49,051 nucleotides of DNA from a virus (taxonomy: Duplodnaviria > Caudoviricetes): the IMG/VR virus record IMGVR_UViG_3300046425_000466, positions 1 to 49,051 of that record. One strand, written 5' to 3'. Both the position numbers and the translations under genes were made by a program. Below the pieces are notes generated by a model that was given only the letters and a program-made list of their open reading frames with translations, did not search any database and was not told the DNA's origin. Every line of letters begins with the position of its first letter. The stretch's first letter is position 1. Below are positions 1-11,512 of the stretch, piece after piece.

Positions 1-2
1 AC

Positions 3-3000
3 AGGCGCGCAGTATCAGCAAGTGGCGAAAACACATTTGAACCAAGCGACCCAACATCGGCACATCATCACGCAGACTTTGCAACCACAGGTAGCACACA
101 TGACCCCTCTCCGTTTTGGGATGATAGCGCGTTTACATCATACGATAGAGGTTCACACATGGGCTATCTTCGCGCTCATATAGGTCGCGTTGTTGAAGAC
201 ATTGACGGCAATGAAGGTTTCTCAATCATTATTCACAGCACCGTTCCCGGCGCAACAGGTCGCAACTTTTGCGCGTGGTTGGATAATAGCAAAGGCCAAA
301 CAGAATACAAACCGCAATACCTCATCGGTCATGGAGGCCACTTCCGCAATTTTTTCTGTTCACAGCCCGAAATATCCGGCGAAAACATGCATCCCGCGCC
401 TATGCCTATTGACAAGAACGGTAAACCGTTTGCTCCTATCACCACACTACGACAACACTTGCCAATTGATGAAGCGCATGGCGATGCGAAAAACTCACAG
501 AATCTTGGTAGCGATAAAGAACTGAACACGAACAGTGCTGAACCGCTTAACGACGAAGGGGGTTCAACCCCAAACAGTGAAGCAACCACAGGTCGCAACT
601 CAAACACAATCAACATGGAGTCGTTTGAAGATGAAGGACAAAAGTATGCAGTTCGCGAAGGTTTGACAAGAGGCACTACTGCGTCTGCAAGAATCAACTT
701 TGGTGGTATTGTCGCCGCAGGTATTCCCGGTTTTTGTGGCGACGCAGGTAAGTGGGGCTTCGGAGAAAATGCTGATGAAGAAAACCGATTCCGCAACATT
801 TACGGACAAAATGTTCCAACCGACCACAGCACTTTTTCATTATATTCTTCTTATGTCCCAACCAACGAAGTTGATGCTGATAACCTCGGTATAGGCACAG
901 ACCTTTACGGATTGAAACTTACAGACCATCTTGGTAAGAATCACATCATTCGTTATGTATATCGCGAAAACGATGTTGAATACACTCACAAAAACACAGC
1001 GATTCCTCCAACTGCTGATGAAGAAATTGTCATACACTTTGATGACCGCGATGTATCACAAGGCGGTTTCACCATTGGCGACCGAATGTGGGGCTACGGT
1101 GCAAGCGGAACGCCTGTTGAAGAGTTGCAACCATCATCAGCAAGTCATAAAAAAGCGTGGCGAGGCAACACTTTCCGAGGCGTTTATGCTCCTAACAGCG
1201 CGTATTCGGTCACTGTATCACCAAAAACTAATCTCAAAACAGGAAGCCTTACGGGAACATCACATACAATCAGCGCGGCAGGAACAAGCGGCTACGCGGC
1301 GGCTACAACATATGATGTCATTATGCAATCTCGGATAGGCGGGGCGGCGGGTAGTGGAGGGCAAATCCAAGTCACGGTAAACGGTTCGGGACAAGTCACA
1401 GGCATTTCAGCGTTGACAACACCCGGAATAGGATATGCTGTTGGTGATGTGCTAATTATTGATGGGGGTTCACAAGATGCAAAAATTACAGTTGGGGCTG
1501 TCACAGGTTCGGTTGTTTACGCGCACCCTTTTAGTTTGATTTTGAACGAAGCAGTGGGGTGTGGTATTGACAATACCGGAATATGGCATAATCTGCCCGA
1601 TGTGGACGATGTTCTTGGGTGGTTAGGATTCCCCGATAGCGGTTTAATATGGCTCGCGATTGACGACGGAAACAACACCGCAGTTACACAACATGCTGGA
1701 CCTGCGGGATTAGTATATCACTACGAAAGCAGAACCCATAACACCAAAACGGGAACTCACGCGTTCTTCGGATTGACAGGCCCAAGCGCAGACAATTTAG
1801 ATGTATTCTTTAATGCTAACACACAAGGTCCAACTTCAACTGCTGATGCAAAAGTCCCTGTCACCATTAGCCCATTCCTCAATCAAACAACCATTATGAC
1901 CGATGAGTTGATGGCGGCGGCAACGCGGGCGGCATTTGACTTTGAAGGTGAAGATGGTGAAGTGATGTATTTTGATTGTAGCGAAATGTTCACTCCCGAT
2001 GGGCGCACATACGCTGATTGGATGGGTGAAAAAGCACAAACCGCTATCGTTATCAAAGCGTTTAATCCGAAGAAAAACATACTTCCTCTCAAAGATTTAT
2101 TCACCGTTGAGTTGAGTAGGGACTATGGTATTCTGTCATCATCGGCAGAAACCTCCGCATCAGCAAGCGGTGTTTCGGGGGCGGGAGTGAACCCTCATAT
2201 GGGTGGTTTGACGCGCGAAGAAATCAACGCAGGAATGATGTTTGACGCAGGGTATTTGCCCGAAACATTGCTTAACATCACAACTCGTTATCGCGGACAC
2301 AACGCAAATACCGCCACTCCGGTAATTGTTGATTCCAATAATAATCCAATCAATGTCAATAATTGGAGAAAACATTTGCGCGGAGATTATCATACTCGTT
2401 ATCGTGGCGACCACATTACGCCTACATTCCATAACATGCCAATTAGAATGATTGAGGCTCCCATTGGCTCAATAGAGTTTGCTACATCAGCAGGTGGCGG
2501 AAGTCAAAATTGGGACGAAGAGGAAACATACGAAACACACACACTTACGGGTAGTGGTAGTGGTGCGCGACACGGCTTGTATTTTGATTGGCGAGGCGCA
2601 AGGCTCGCGAAAGACTTTGTTCGCAAAGGAGCAGGTTATGAGGTTGGAGATACTTATGCACTTTACGGCTACAAAACGCGCGTAGGCGAAGGAGCAATTG
2701 TAAATGGTGTCCTTACCGGAGGTTTAGATTATGTTAATTCCGGCGGTTTACAGGCGGGCGGTTTTACAATCACAAACGGCGGGTCGGGCTACAATCAACC
2801 CGGTTTCTATGATGTTGAAGCAATCACAGGCAACGGTGTTGGTGGTAAAGTCAATATCACTGTGACCGGAGGTAATGCTGTTCTTTCAATTGTTAATGTT
2901 CATCATTACGAAACAGGCGCGGGTTATGCTATTGGAGATACTTTCAAGATTCTTGCGGGCAATCTTGACAGCATTATTACAATTACTGCCGTTTCCGGTA

Positions 3001-6000
3001 TCAATTATTTCCCCGGTCCTTTGTCTGTCACAGGTAGCGGCGCGGCAGATATTCAACTGCAAGTCAATCAGTTTGGAAAACCAATTGGGTTTGCAGGATT
3101 TGTTAATGCAGGAACAGGATATTCAGTCGGTGATTCATTTTTACTCACAGGTGGAAGTGCAAGTGGCGACGCGGTTTTTACAGTCACAGAAGTTTCAGCA
3201 GGAATGGGAACAGCCTACGCGTCTTCAACAACATACGACTTACAAATAGGAGGTGTGACGAAAGGACAAGCGCAACTCAAAGTTGATAGCGCGGGAGTCA
3301 TAGAAGGAATAGAAGCAATAGTTCAACCGCTTGAATATGGATTAGTGCATTCTCAAGCGTTAGATGTCGTTGGTTCACCGGGGTCGGGAGGCAAAATACA
3401 GATTGCAATTCCGTTTTCGGCAAACTTTACAGTTGGTATCATATCGCCAATAGCGAGATATGAAGACCAAGATTACAGATGGGGTGCGGACGGAAGTTAT
3501 CTTCTTGGTCCTGTTGGTCGTCATCGCGCATTTGCTACAAACAACCTTTCTCCTGCTTCTCCAAACTTTAATCCTGCGGGAGTTCAACAATTTGTTCGCG
3601 AGTTTGCATGGACTGAACCAACAAAGTTGTTTTTGACAGAACAGTTCTCGGTTCTCGTTTATCCAATAGGCGATAAATACATGTTCTTGGGAGCAGACAC
3701 AACCGAAGGTATTGAACAGATTTGGAGAATGCAAAGAGAAGTGTCGTATCAAATCGGTTTGGGTTCTCGCACTCAAAACATTGAGGGAATTGACAGTCGC
3801 ACACTGCGTCTATTCGGGCAACGCTACAAAGACACAACCAACCGCATTGCAGGTATTCGCTTAGACGGGAGTAAGAATGGTGAACCACTGACTTATTTCC
3901 GTGGCGCGCACGACAGCGCAGACCACAGCATACCGCTATACTTTGGTGGAGGGTTTAGCGGTGTCACGCTTGACATCAACGATGGTAGCAAAACAGACTA
4001 CACCGAGCATAACGAACACCCTTACGCAAGTGGGCCGACAGGTAGCGCGGGTATGCAAGACATCGGTGAAAAGATGGGTGCATACGCGTTGCTTGACACA
4101 ACAGCAATGATGGCAATGTTCCCCGGAACTTCATTATGCGACCAAATGCGCGGAAGCACAATACCGCCGTTCGCTAACCAAGATGCAATTCTTTCAACTG
4201 ATATGGATGCAGGAGCAAACTCTCACACCATACCAAACTTAATGACTTACACTGATGTTAAAATCACACAACCTGCACCAATCGTTCTTCGTTTTGCTCA
4301 TCCATATGCGCGATATACAGATAGCAACAACAGCGTTGCATACATTATTTTTGGTCCGGGTCAAGCCGCACCTAAGCATTGGAAAGGTGAAAGTCAAACG
4401 ATGGCATCATCAATTGAACCGTCCGGCAAGTGGACTGTTGCCGCGAAGCATTACATGACTGAAAATGGCGCGACCAATACATTCAATTTACTTACTGAAG
4501 GCGGTCGCGGGCTACCAAACGAATTGAGCAATACAACTCTCAACGGTGGTGCAGACCAATTCTTACCAAGAACAACAGCCTACAACACAAGAGATGTCGG
4601 GTCACACAGATTGTTTACGCATTGGGAAACTCCACTTGGTTCACCAAACACCAACTTCAATCAAACATCATCGCTACATTCGCTCTATGTATCAAATCAC
4701 TTTGGAACAACCTCAACACTTGATAGAGCCGCTACTATTTACGCGCACCCGTATTCACATTACAGAACCCAACCACGATTCACAAATGCCATTTATTCCG
4801 CTACTCTTTCGCCAAAACAAAGCGTCATGCAATTTCACCTTGATGGCGGTTATTCTCCGGGTGGTTCTTGGTTTGATGACACTATTCGTAAGAACCCACC
4901 ACACCCAACCACAGGTGCAATCATTCAACAATCACAAACAGCAACAGTCAATGGAACTGTAATTACAACAGGACTTAACGCGACTATGTTCCGAGTAGGT
5001 TCACAAGTCGCAACAGGGTATGACAAAGACGCAGATGAAACAAACCCACCAACTGATACATTCCTTATTGATGCAACGCGTTGTCAAAACAGCGAAGAGT
5101 TGGGTGCTGTAATCGCGGCGGCTATCAATACATGGCCGGGTCCTGCAAACCTCAAAGCCATTGGTGGTTCATTCTTACCATCATTCCAAGATGCGCAACG
5201 CCAAGACAAATACGGTTGGGTTGATTGTTTGGCATTCAACGCTTACGATGCCACACACGGCATTATCACTGCGGCTAACACACTGCCCGACACCTTACCG
5301 GATAGTGGTTGGATTCGCGTTAGCAATAAACACGGAGGCGGAAGTGATGTCTTTTACGCTTATTACTCAAACAGAACATCAACGCAATTTATTCTTGGTC
5401 CAAATTACCGAAGCAACCAAAATGTGCTTGAAGACCCTACCGTAAGCACAGCATCGGGTGGTGTGCAACATGGCGTTGTGTCATCATTGACACCTTCCGG
5501 TCATCGCATTTATGTTTGGTCTAAAACCGGAAATCTAAGATGGGATAACGGGGCGCAAGAATCTCTTATCGGTAGCCGAAACACAGGTGCTACCACGGCA
5601 GAAAATCCAACAAATAGCGCATACGACCACTTTGCGGCAACTCAAGTTCACTTTTCGGGAGTGGTTGATGCGGTTGATAGAACGCGCGCAGTAGGCGCAG
5701 TAGGTTGGCATGGTGAGCGTTATTCCTATCTCAACAGTCTTACGGTTGATGGCAAAATAGCGGCAGGTCTTGGTGCTTGGCTACCCGCGTCCGGTTTTAA
5801 TCCGTATGGGCCATCACAAACATGCCACACAATTAACACAATTAAGCACTCAATCACAGCATCAATAAACGAAACATCAAATTACAATGTTGTATTCAGT
5901 ATTGATTCACACCCCGCAACATCGGGAACACATCAACGCCATTATGTTGCAATCTCATACGAAGGCGACCTACCTATCATTGCTAAAGCCGCGCGAAACG

Positions 6001-9000
6001 GACAGTCCACTTGTGGAGATATGTTGCAGATGAAGTGGCGTGATGTCGCTACCGGACTTGAAGACGATGGCGTGACACCAAAAACAACAATGGGAGGCAC
6101 AGTTGTCGCGTATCACAACGAGCGTTTTAACAACGACCGATACAGTGCTGAATCAAACGCAGGGCCACATGTTGAAGCATTCTATGATAGTCAAACAGCC
6201 ATTGACCTTGAAAACGCTACTATGCAATCCGGCGCATCAACTCAAGCAACACTGTTTCAAATGGACGCATGTTTGTTCCCAACAGGCGACCTTTTCTTCA
6301 ACAGCGACTTCAACCCCGGAGTCAAAAATTGGTCCGAAGGGACTGAAACTGAAACGCTATTTGACAGCGAAATAGCAGTTAGCCGGTCAAAAGGATTTAC
6401 CGATTACGAAGAACACCTTGACAACATTCTAACATACGGCAAAACGCGCTACGCCGCGCGTAATTTCTTTGTTGAGCATGTTGTTTGGAAGAGAATGAGT
6501 GGAGGCAATCTTACGCTTCCTGCACCAAATGCTCGCGGTCTTGGTTCTGTGCCGTGGCAGATGCACAAAGTTGGTGATAACTATGTCAAGTTTGGTGAGA
6601 AAATCTATGGCAACACGCGATTCTCATTTGAAACAACAAACAATTCTATGTTCCCAATTATCCAAGCGCAAGAATTAGCGCACCCATCATTGGCTGAACA
6701 GTTCCCGTATGAAATACGCAATGCTCTTGCTATACCAAACGAAGAGTTGCAGTTTGAACAGATGATGGTTGTTGACGATACAGGGCAACAACATACTCTT
6801 GCGGGTGGTTCACCGCTTGGTATCGTTGTTCGCGACTTTAGCAAGATACAAGACCGCGCAACAGAAGGGCTTGCACCTGCTCTTGCCGGTTCGGGCGTTG
6901 AACCAAACATGAAGATTCAATTACCAAATCATGACGGCATTCCTTCAAACATTCTTGTTCGTAGCGGATATGATAGATTGCAAGCGTATCAACACGAAAC
7001 AATTGGTGATGGTGGATTACAACACCCATCACAACCAAGCGCATCTGTAAGCACTGCATTTGCAAGCGATGGTAAAACGCCAACAACAGCCCCGTATTGG
7101 GAACAGTTAGGTTATGAACACATTAACCCTCACCCTAACCTCTTCCCCGACAGCACCAACAAACTCAACGATGATGACATTCTCAAAACCTCATACGAGC
7201 CTCATGACCGCGCGTTGTATTTCCATATTACAAAGATGGGCTACTCATACACAGAACGCGAACCGCTTGGTATTGTTGATGGCGTAATGACTCACAATCC
7301 TTTGACAGTCAGTGCGATAGGCACAGACTCAATCACAGCATCAGCAACAATCACAGCATCAATATGGCAACAAAACCCTACTCGCGATGGACGATACTTC
7401 CTATCAATCAACGGAACGATTGCAACATTTGAGAGCATAGTTGGCGACCAATTCCAAGATGTTGTGTTTGCACCGGACTTTACAGCCAAAGCCGGTGATG
7501 TCATCAAGCCATCATATTACATTCCCGCAGGAACGACACGACACTTTGCGGCTCGCAGATTGCGCGACCACGCAGAAGTGAGTGGCAACAGCCCGGACAA
7601 ACCGCTTACCAATTGGGCGAGCGTAGGAGCAGATGTCAGCCCCGCTACTGTTGTTCGTAGTGCCAACAAACTTACACCAATGCCTTTGCCGCGCATGGGA
7701 CATCATTATGTCACGCCAACGATGGCAACTATGCCGGGTCATTTGGCTCACCCTGTTTATCAAACGCAAGGACAGAAAACCTTTGCTTGTTCTGCCGCAA
7801 CAATTTCTTCCGAAGCAGAAGAAGGATATGCCAATGTGAAAGAGCATCGCGATACGCTTGTTTGGTTCTCCGGCACAACTGCACCATCTCCGCCAAGCGA
7901 TATTCACGGCGATGGATTTACCTTGATGACCGAAACCAAAATCCGATTTGACGGTTATGGTATTGCAGATGACAGCGCGGCTTGCAATGCGGCAGGAGGA
8001 CACAGAATTACTCTTGAGAAGGGAACGAATTACAATACATCGTGGAACTTCCCCGACCCAATAGAAGTAGGCGCATATCAAATTGTTATTCAGCCCAACT
8101 TGTTCAGTCAGCAAGTAATGGGTAATAATGCAAACACAGTGTTTGGTTCAACAAGCGCACCTGTCAATGCGTCGGGTGTAGCGCAAACAACAAAGCCACT
8201 GCTAACCGACCAACTTGTAGCGACGGTTGTATCGCTCCAATGGAACACCAACAGATTTGACCTCATTCTTTCGGAAGCAACAATGGCTGATGTGCGCGGT
8301 TGCGAAATCTATCTCAACGAAATTATGTTTGATATTGACCCATCATCGCGCGAACAATTTACCAACATACCTATGCTTGGTTTGCAAAATCAATTTGGTA
8401 TCAATGCGTCATCATCCGGTGCATTTACTCGTCGTTCGCTACCATATCACCCTAACATGTTCCGACGCGCTACTCCTGCTCGCACAATCACAGTTCCGTG
8501 GTGGGCTGTTGCTTACGACACCTCAACTGTGTTTTCCGGCAACAAATGGATGCAGACTGAACATTATCATCCCGATGACTACTATCTTTTCTGCCGTTCA
8601 ACGCTTGGTGGAGTTGGTTGTCAATTAACAATGACCGGCTATCCTTCTCATTACCTTGATGTTTACACCGAGTATCTTGCGTCGCTAACACCAACATGCA
8701 CGATTAAGCGTCTTGATAACGGCTCAAGCCCTACAACGCGCAAAATCTATGTTGATAACAATGCTTTGTTCCCTCTTGTTGGTCAAGACTACAAAAACCA
8801 CAAGTTAGCAATTGAAGGCACAGATGGAACGACTTACTACTTGACATATACTAATCGCGGATATTCAAGCAATCCAACAGCAGGTAGCAACACAACAGTG
8901 TTTGAGGGCGTGTCAGCCTCCGCGTATGTTTGGGGCAAACTTGACAAAGGAATGACAGTGCGCCTAAGCGGTCCATCGGCTACACTCAACGCAGGACAAG

Positions 9001-11507
9001 TTTACACGAACTCCGAAAGAAGCGTAGCCACAAGAAACTTGCCTCAACTTCTAACAGGAACGCGCGATACCAATTCTGCTAATCCTGCGGACGCGTATTT
9101 GTGTCTATGGCATTACAATCTTGGTCGCCCAATGACATGGTTTTCGGATAGCAGAACCAACATGGGGGATGCGGCAGTTGACAAAGCACCATACAACCAC
9201 TTGCCGGAACACTTTGAAACAGTCCACTATCATGAGTTTGTTTACGCAATGAGCGACGGACCATTCAAGTTCCGTATGCGCGGTTGGGATGGTCCGGGTG
9301 ATGGTTTGGTTAACGCTTGGACTGATGCGCCCGGTGGGAACTATCCTCACCAAGCGGGAACAGACTCAATGACTTCTGCGCGAGAATATCACTACGGTGC
9401 ATTTTGGCCGGGCGGTCATCGCTTTGGCGCACAAATGAGTTCTCTTACTCTTTACGGAACAGCATCGGTTGGTTGGAATCCGACTATTCAAATTGATAAC
9501 GGAACAAGCGGACTCGCAAACAAAGGTTTGCAGATTACTGAAACAGACCCCGCAACCATCACCGATACTATAAATAGTGTCAGCACAAAACGACGCATAC
9601 CTCTTGGTTATCGTGTATCAGTGCGACAACCATACAACCGTCCGCGTTGGGCTATCAAAGGCGGTCAAGGTTTACGCGACCCGTATGCTTCTTATCACTT
9701 CAATGTTGATGGGCCATTTGTATCACAAGAAGCGGGAACAGGTAGCACATTTACCGAGTCGGATAGCGCGTCAGCAGTTAATTCGTCAGTAGCACACACT
9801 TCATCATACACAGGCATTCTTGAACGCCATACCAACGCAAGCGCGCTGATTGGTAGCGATTTGAAGGGACAGCAAGTGAGATACAGTCAAGGTCGCAGAA
9901 TGACAAAATCGTTTGGATGCGCAGTGCGCAACATTGTCAACCCAACAACAGCATTTAGGTTGTTCCACGGTGATACACCGGCAGGTCTTGAAGGCACAAA
10001 TGTTGTCAACCAAAGAGTCAGTCTTGCGCTCGCTCAAGCGCATTACATGGTTGATTGGTGGGGTAATACTACCGGAGAAGAAGTGCGTCGCTTCCCTGTT
10101 CGCGGTTTCGGTGTGCGCCCATCATGGGACCCGGAAGACGCATACAACGCAAACGACAGAACAGTAAGCGATGAAGCAATGATAACGCAACGCTCTAACA
10201 TCGGTGCGGCATTAGCCGTAGTTGATTTCTTTAATCCTGCAACAGCAAAGCGCGTTGGCGACCGTGGCGACGGGCGCGGTGCAAGATGGACTTCTGTGTT
10301 TAACGAAGATGTATTGCAATCAGTTGATACCGCGCTACAATTGTCGGGTATGGTGCTGTCGCATCACACCTCCGAACCTCCATTCACAAACGGATTCATC
10401 CGTCCGTCCAATCTTGAACTCCAATCATACGAATTACCTCGCGGAATCAGCAACAGGTTAGAAATCAACGCTGATGACGGATTGCTTCAACCTGCGGCAA
10501 TGGTGGGGTCAAATACTGCATCAATAGAAGCCAACTTCCTACCTGCGAACACTTCTATTCAAGAGCCAATATCGCGCGCTTCACCGAAGATTGGTATTGA
10601 TGCTCATACACTCGGAAAAGAAGACAAGACATACGCAATTATTGGAACAGAAGCCGTTAGTCTGCATACCGACCGCGCGGTAGGTCAACGGTTTGTTTTA
10701 GAAGGTGGTGTCAAAACAAGCGACAGAACCTTGTCCGACTACGATTTGACCGCTTTGAATCTTTCAACCAATAAACAAGTTATGAGGTTCGGACACACGC
10801 ATGGTGTTCCTGCTGTCGGCGGCTCATTCATTATTGAGGTATCATCTTACACTGCACCTATCAGTGATTTGGGTTGGGGTCGCGTTGGTGCAAACGCGAG
10901 TAATAGAAGTAGCAATCCGTATCAAACAACAGACAACAATCCGGTTGGTGTAGGTGCTGTTAGAACTAACACAAATGACAAATCAATCAAGTTCTTGTTG
11001 CGCCCTGTTAGAGTGTTAGACAACAAACACATTGAGATATTCCGAACAGACAAAACTCACTTTTTGAGTGCAACAAGCGGCGGTCGTTATGGAATGTTTA
11101 CCTACGATGCTCCTTCCGCAAGAGCCACAGAAGGCACATCAACCTACCTACGAAGCACTAATCCATCACCAAGCAACGCGCCTTATCCTCCGGTCTATTT
11201 GTTTGATGAAGGTTCAAGCACTGCCGCGCCTGTAAGTTTTGGTCCAAAACTGCCGGGTAGTAAATCATCGTCATTCACACTTACACTCAAACAAGCAGTA
11301 TCAAGAATGACTGTAAGCACAAACACACTACAACATTATCGTGGCGACGCAAGCAGAAAGCAATCAGTTAGCAACAGCAATGAGTCTTTCATTCGTCACA
11401 ACTTTTCAGTGCAACCGAGATTTACGCAAATGCTTTATCCGGGTGATAACCAAAACACAGCAAGCCACGCAAGCGAGAGCAACAGAACAGACAACAACTT
11501 GGATTGA
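3..11507 (+). CDS. Giant virion/structural protein (>3830 aa, 5'-truncated by window edge)
   Basis: The frame of ORF 159..11507 stays open back to base 3 (RRAVSASGENTF...), so the true start is outside the window. It is G/T/S/N-rich and beta-rich, with GxGYxVGD repeats, and lies upstream of tail genes. Confidence 0.8.
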   Translation, partial: RRAVSASGENTFEPSDPTSAHHHADFATTGSTHDPSPFWDDSAFTSYDRGSHMGYLRAHIGRVVEDIDGNEGFSIIIHSTVPGATGRNFCAWLDNSKGQTEYKPQYLIGHGGHFRNFFCSQPEISGENMHPAPMPIDKNGKPFAPITTLRQHLPIDEAHGDAKNSQNLGSDKELNTNSAEPLNDEGGSTPNSEATTGRNSNTINMESFEDEGQKYAVREGLTRGTTASARINFGGIVAAGIPGFCGDAGKWGFGENADEENRFRNIYGQNVPTDHSTFSLYSSYVPTNEVDADNLGIGTDLYGLKLTDHLGKNHIIRYVYRENDVEYTHKNTAIPPTADEEIVIHFDDRDVSQGGFTIGDRMWGYGASGTPVEELQPSSASHKKAWRGNTFRGVYAPNSAYSVTVSPKTNLKTGSLTGTSHTISAAGTSGYAAATTYDVIMQSRIGGAAGSGGQIQVTVNGSGQVTGISALTTPGIGYAVGDVLIIDGGSQDAKITVGAVTGSVVYAHPFSLILNEAVGCGIDNTGIWHNLPDVDDVLGWLGFPDSGLIWLAIDDGNNTAVTQHAGPAGLVYHYESRTHNTKTGTHAFFGLTGPSADNLDVFFNANTQGPTSTADAKVPVTISPFLNQTTIMTDELMAAATRAAFDFEGEDGEVMYFDCSEMFTPDGRTYADWMGEKAQTAIVIKAFNPKKNILPLKDLFTVELSRDYGILSSSAETSASASGVSGAGVNPHMGGLTREEINAGMMFDAGYLPETLLNITTRYRGHNANTATPVIVDSNNNPINVNNWRKHLRGDYHTRYRGDHITPTFHNMPIRMIEAPIGSIEFATSAGGGSQNWDEEETYETHTLTGSGSGARHGLYFDWRGARLAKDFVRKGAGYEVGDTYALYGYKTRVGEGAIVNGVLTGGLDYVNSGGLQAGGFTITNGGSGYNQPGFYDVEAITGNGVGGKVNITVTGGNAVLSIVNVHHYETGAGYAIGDTFKILAGNLDSIITITAVSGINYFPGPLSVTGSGAADIQLQVNQFGKPIGFAGFVNAGTGYSVGDSFLLTGGSASGDAVFTVTEVSAGMGTAYASSTTYDLQIGGVTKGQAQLKVDSAGVIEGIEAIVQPLEYGLVHSQALDVVGSPGSGGKIQIAIPFSANFTVGIISPIARYEDQDYRWGADGSYLLGPVGRHRAFATNNLSPASPNFNPAGVQQFVREFAWTEPTKLFLTEQFSVLVYPIGDKYMFLGADTTEGIEQIWRMQREVSYQIGLGSRTQNIEGIDSRTLRLFGQRYKDTTNRIAGIRLDGSKNGEPLTYFRGAHDSADHSIPLYFGGGFSGVTLDINDGSKTDYTEHNEHPYASGPTGSAGMQDIGEKMGAYALLDTTAMMAMFPGTSLCDQMRGSTIPPFANQDAILSTDMDAGANSHTIPNLMTYTDVKITQPAPIVLRFAHPYARYTDSNNSVAYIIFGPGQAAPKHWKGESQTMASSIEPSGKWTVAAKHYMTENGATNTFNLLTEGGRGLPNELSNTTLNGGADQFLPRTTAYNTRDVGSHRLFTHWETPLGSPNTNFNQTSSLHSLYVSNHFGTTSTLDRAATIYAHPYSHYRTQPRFTNAIYSATLSPKQSVMQFHLDGGYSPGGSWFDDTIRKNPPHPTTGAIIQQSQTATVNGTVITTGLNATMFRVGSQVATGYDKDADETNPPTDTFLIDATRCQNSEELGAVIAAAINTWPGPANLKAIGGSFLPSFQDAQRQDKYGWVDCLAFNAYDATHGIITAANTLPDTLPDSGWIRVSNKHGGGSDVFYAYYSNRTSTQFILGPNYRSNQNVLEDPTVSTASGGVQHGVVSSLTPSGHRIYVWSKTGNLRWDNGAQESLIGSRNTGATTAENPTNSAYDHFAATQVHFSGVVDAVDRTRAVGAVGWHGERYSYLNSLTVDGKIAAGLGAWLPASGFNPYGPSQTCHTINTIKHSITASINETSNYNVVFSIDSHPATSGTHQRHYVAISYEGDLPIIAKAARNGQSTCGDMLQMKWRDVATGLEDDGVTPKTTMGGTVVAYHNERFNNDRYSAESNAGPHVEAFYDSQTAIDLENATMQSGASTQATLFQMDACLFPTGDLFFNSDFNPGVKNWSEGTETETLFDSEIAVSRSKGFTDYEEHLDNILTYGKTRYAARNFFVEHVVWKRMSGGNLTLPAPNARGLGSVPWQMHKVGDNYVKFGEKIYGNTRFSFETTNNSMFPIIQAQELAHPSLAEQFPYEIRNALAIPNEELQFEQMMVVDDTGQQHTLAGGSPLGIVVRDFSKIQDRATEGLAPALAGSGVEPNMKIQLPNHDGIPSNILVRSGYDRLQAYQHETIGDGGLQHPSQPSASVSTAFASDGKTPTTAPYWEQLGYEHINPHPNLFPDSTNKLNDDDILKTSYEPHDRALYFHITKMGYSYTEREPLGIVDGVMTHNPLTVSAIGTDSITASATITASIWQQNPTRDGRYFLSINGTIATFESIVGDQFQDVVFAPDFTAKAGDVIKPSYYIPAGTTRHFAARRLRDHAEVSGNSPDKPLTNWASVGADVSPATVVRSANKLTPMPLPRMGHHYVTPTMATMPGHLAHPVYQTQGQKTFACSAATISSEAEEGYANVKEHRDTLVWFSGTTAPSPPSDIHGDGFTLMTETKIRFDGYGIADDSAACNAAGGHRITLEKGTNYNTSWNFPDPIEVGAYQIVIQPNLFSQQVMGNNANTVFGSTSAPVNASGVAQTTKPLLTDQLVATVVSLQWNTNRFDLILSEATMADVRGCEIYLNEIMFDIDPSSREQFTNIPMLGLQNQFGINASSSGAFTRRSLPYHPNMFRRATPARTITVPWWAVAYDTSTVFSGNKWMQTEHYHPDDYYLFCRSTLGGVGCQLTMTGYPSHYLDVYTEYLASLTPTCTIKRLDNGSSPTTRKIYVDNNALFPLVGQDYKNHKLAIEGTDGTTYYLTYTNRGYSSNPTAGSNTTVFEGVSASAYVWGKLDKGMTVRLSGPSATLNAGQVYTNSERSVATRNLPQLLTGTRDTNSANPADAYLCLWHYNLGRPMTWFSDSRTNMGDAAVDKAPYNHLPEHFETVHYHEFVYAMSDGPFKFRMRGWDGPGDGLVNAWTDAPGGNYPHQAGTDSMTSAREYHYGAFWPGGHRFGAQMSSLTLYGTASVGWNPTIQIDNGTSGLANKGLQITETDPATITDTINSVSTKRRIPLGYRVSVRQPYNRPRWAIKGGQGLRDPYASYHFNVDGPFVSQEAGTGSTFTESDSASAVNSSVAHTSSYTGILERHTNASALIGSDLKGQQVRYSQGRRMTKSFGCAVRNIVNPTTAFRLFHGDTPAGLEGTNVVNQRVSLALAQAHYMVDWWGNTTGEEVRRFPVRGFGVRPSWDPEDAYNANDRTVSDEAMITQRSNIGAALAVVDFFNPATAKRVGDRGDGRGARWTSVFNEDVLQSVDTALQLSGMVLSHHTSEPPFTNGFIRPSNLELQSYELPRGISNRLEINADDGLLQPAAMVGSNTASIEANFLPANTSIQEPISRASPKIGIDAHTLGKEDKTYAIIGTEAVSLHTDRAVGQRFVLEGGVKTSDRTLSDYDLTALNLSTNKQVMRFGHTHGVPAVGGSFIIEVSSYTAPISDLGWGRVGANASNRSSNPYQTTDNNPVGVGAVRTNTNDKSIKFLLRPVRVLDNKHIEIFRTDKTHFLSATSGGRYGMFTYDAPSARATEGTSTYLRSTNPSPSNAPYPPVYLFDEGSSTAAPVSFGPKLPGSKSSSFTLTLKQAVSRMTVSTNTLQHYRGDASRKQSVSNSNESFIRHNFSVQPRFTQMLYPGDNQNTASHASESNRTDNNLD
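1425..3134 (+). repeat. Protein-level GxGY(x[VI]GD) repeats inside giant ORF
   Basis: GIGYAVGD (1425), GAGYEVGD (2628), GGSGY (2778), GAGYAIGD (2916), GTGYSVGD (3111). Confidence 0.75.
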
Positions 11508-11512
11508 TTCAC

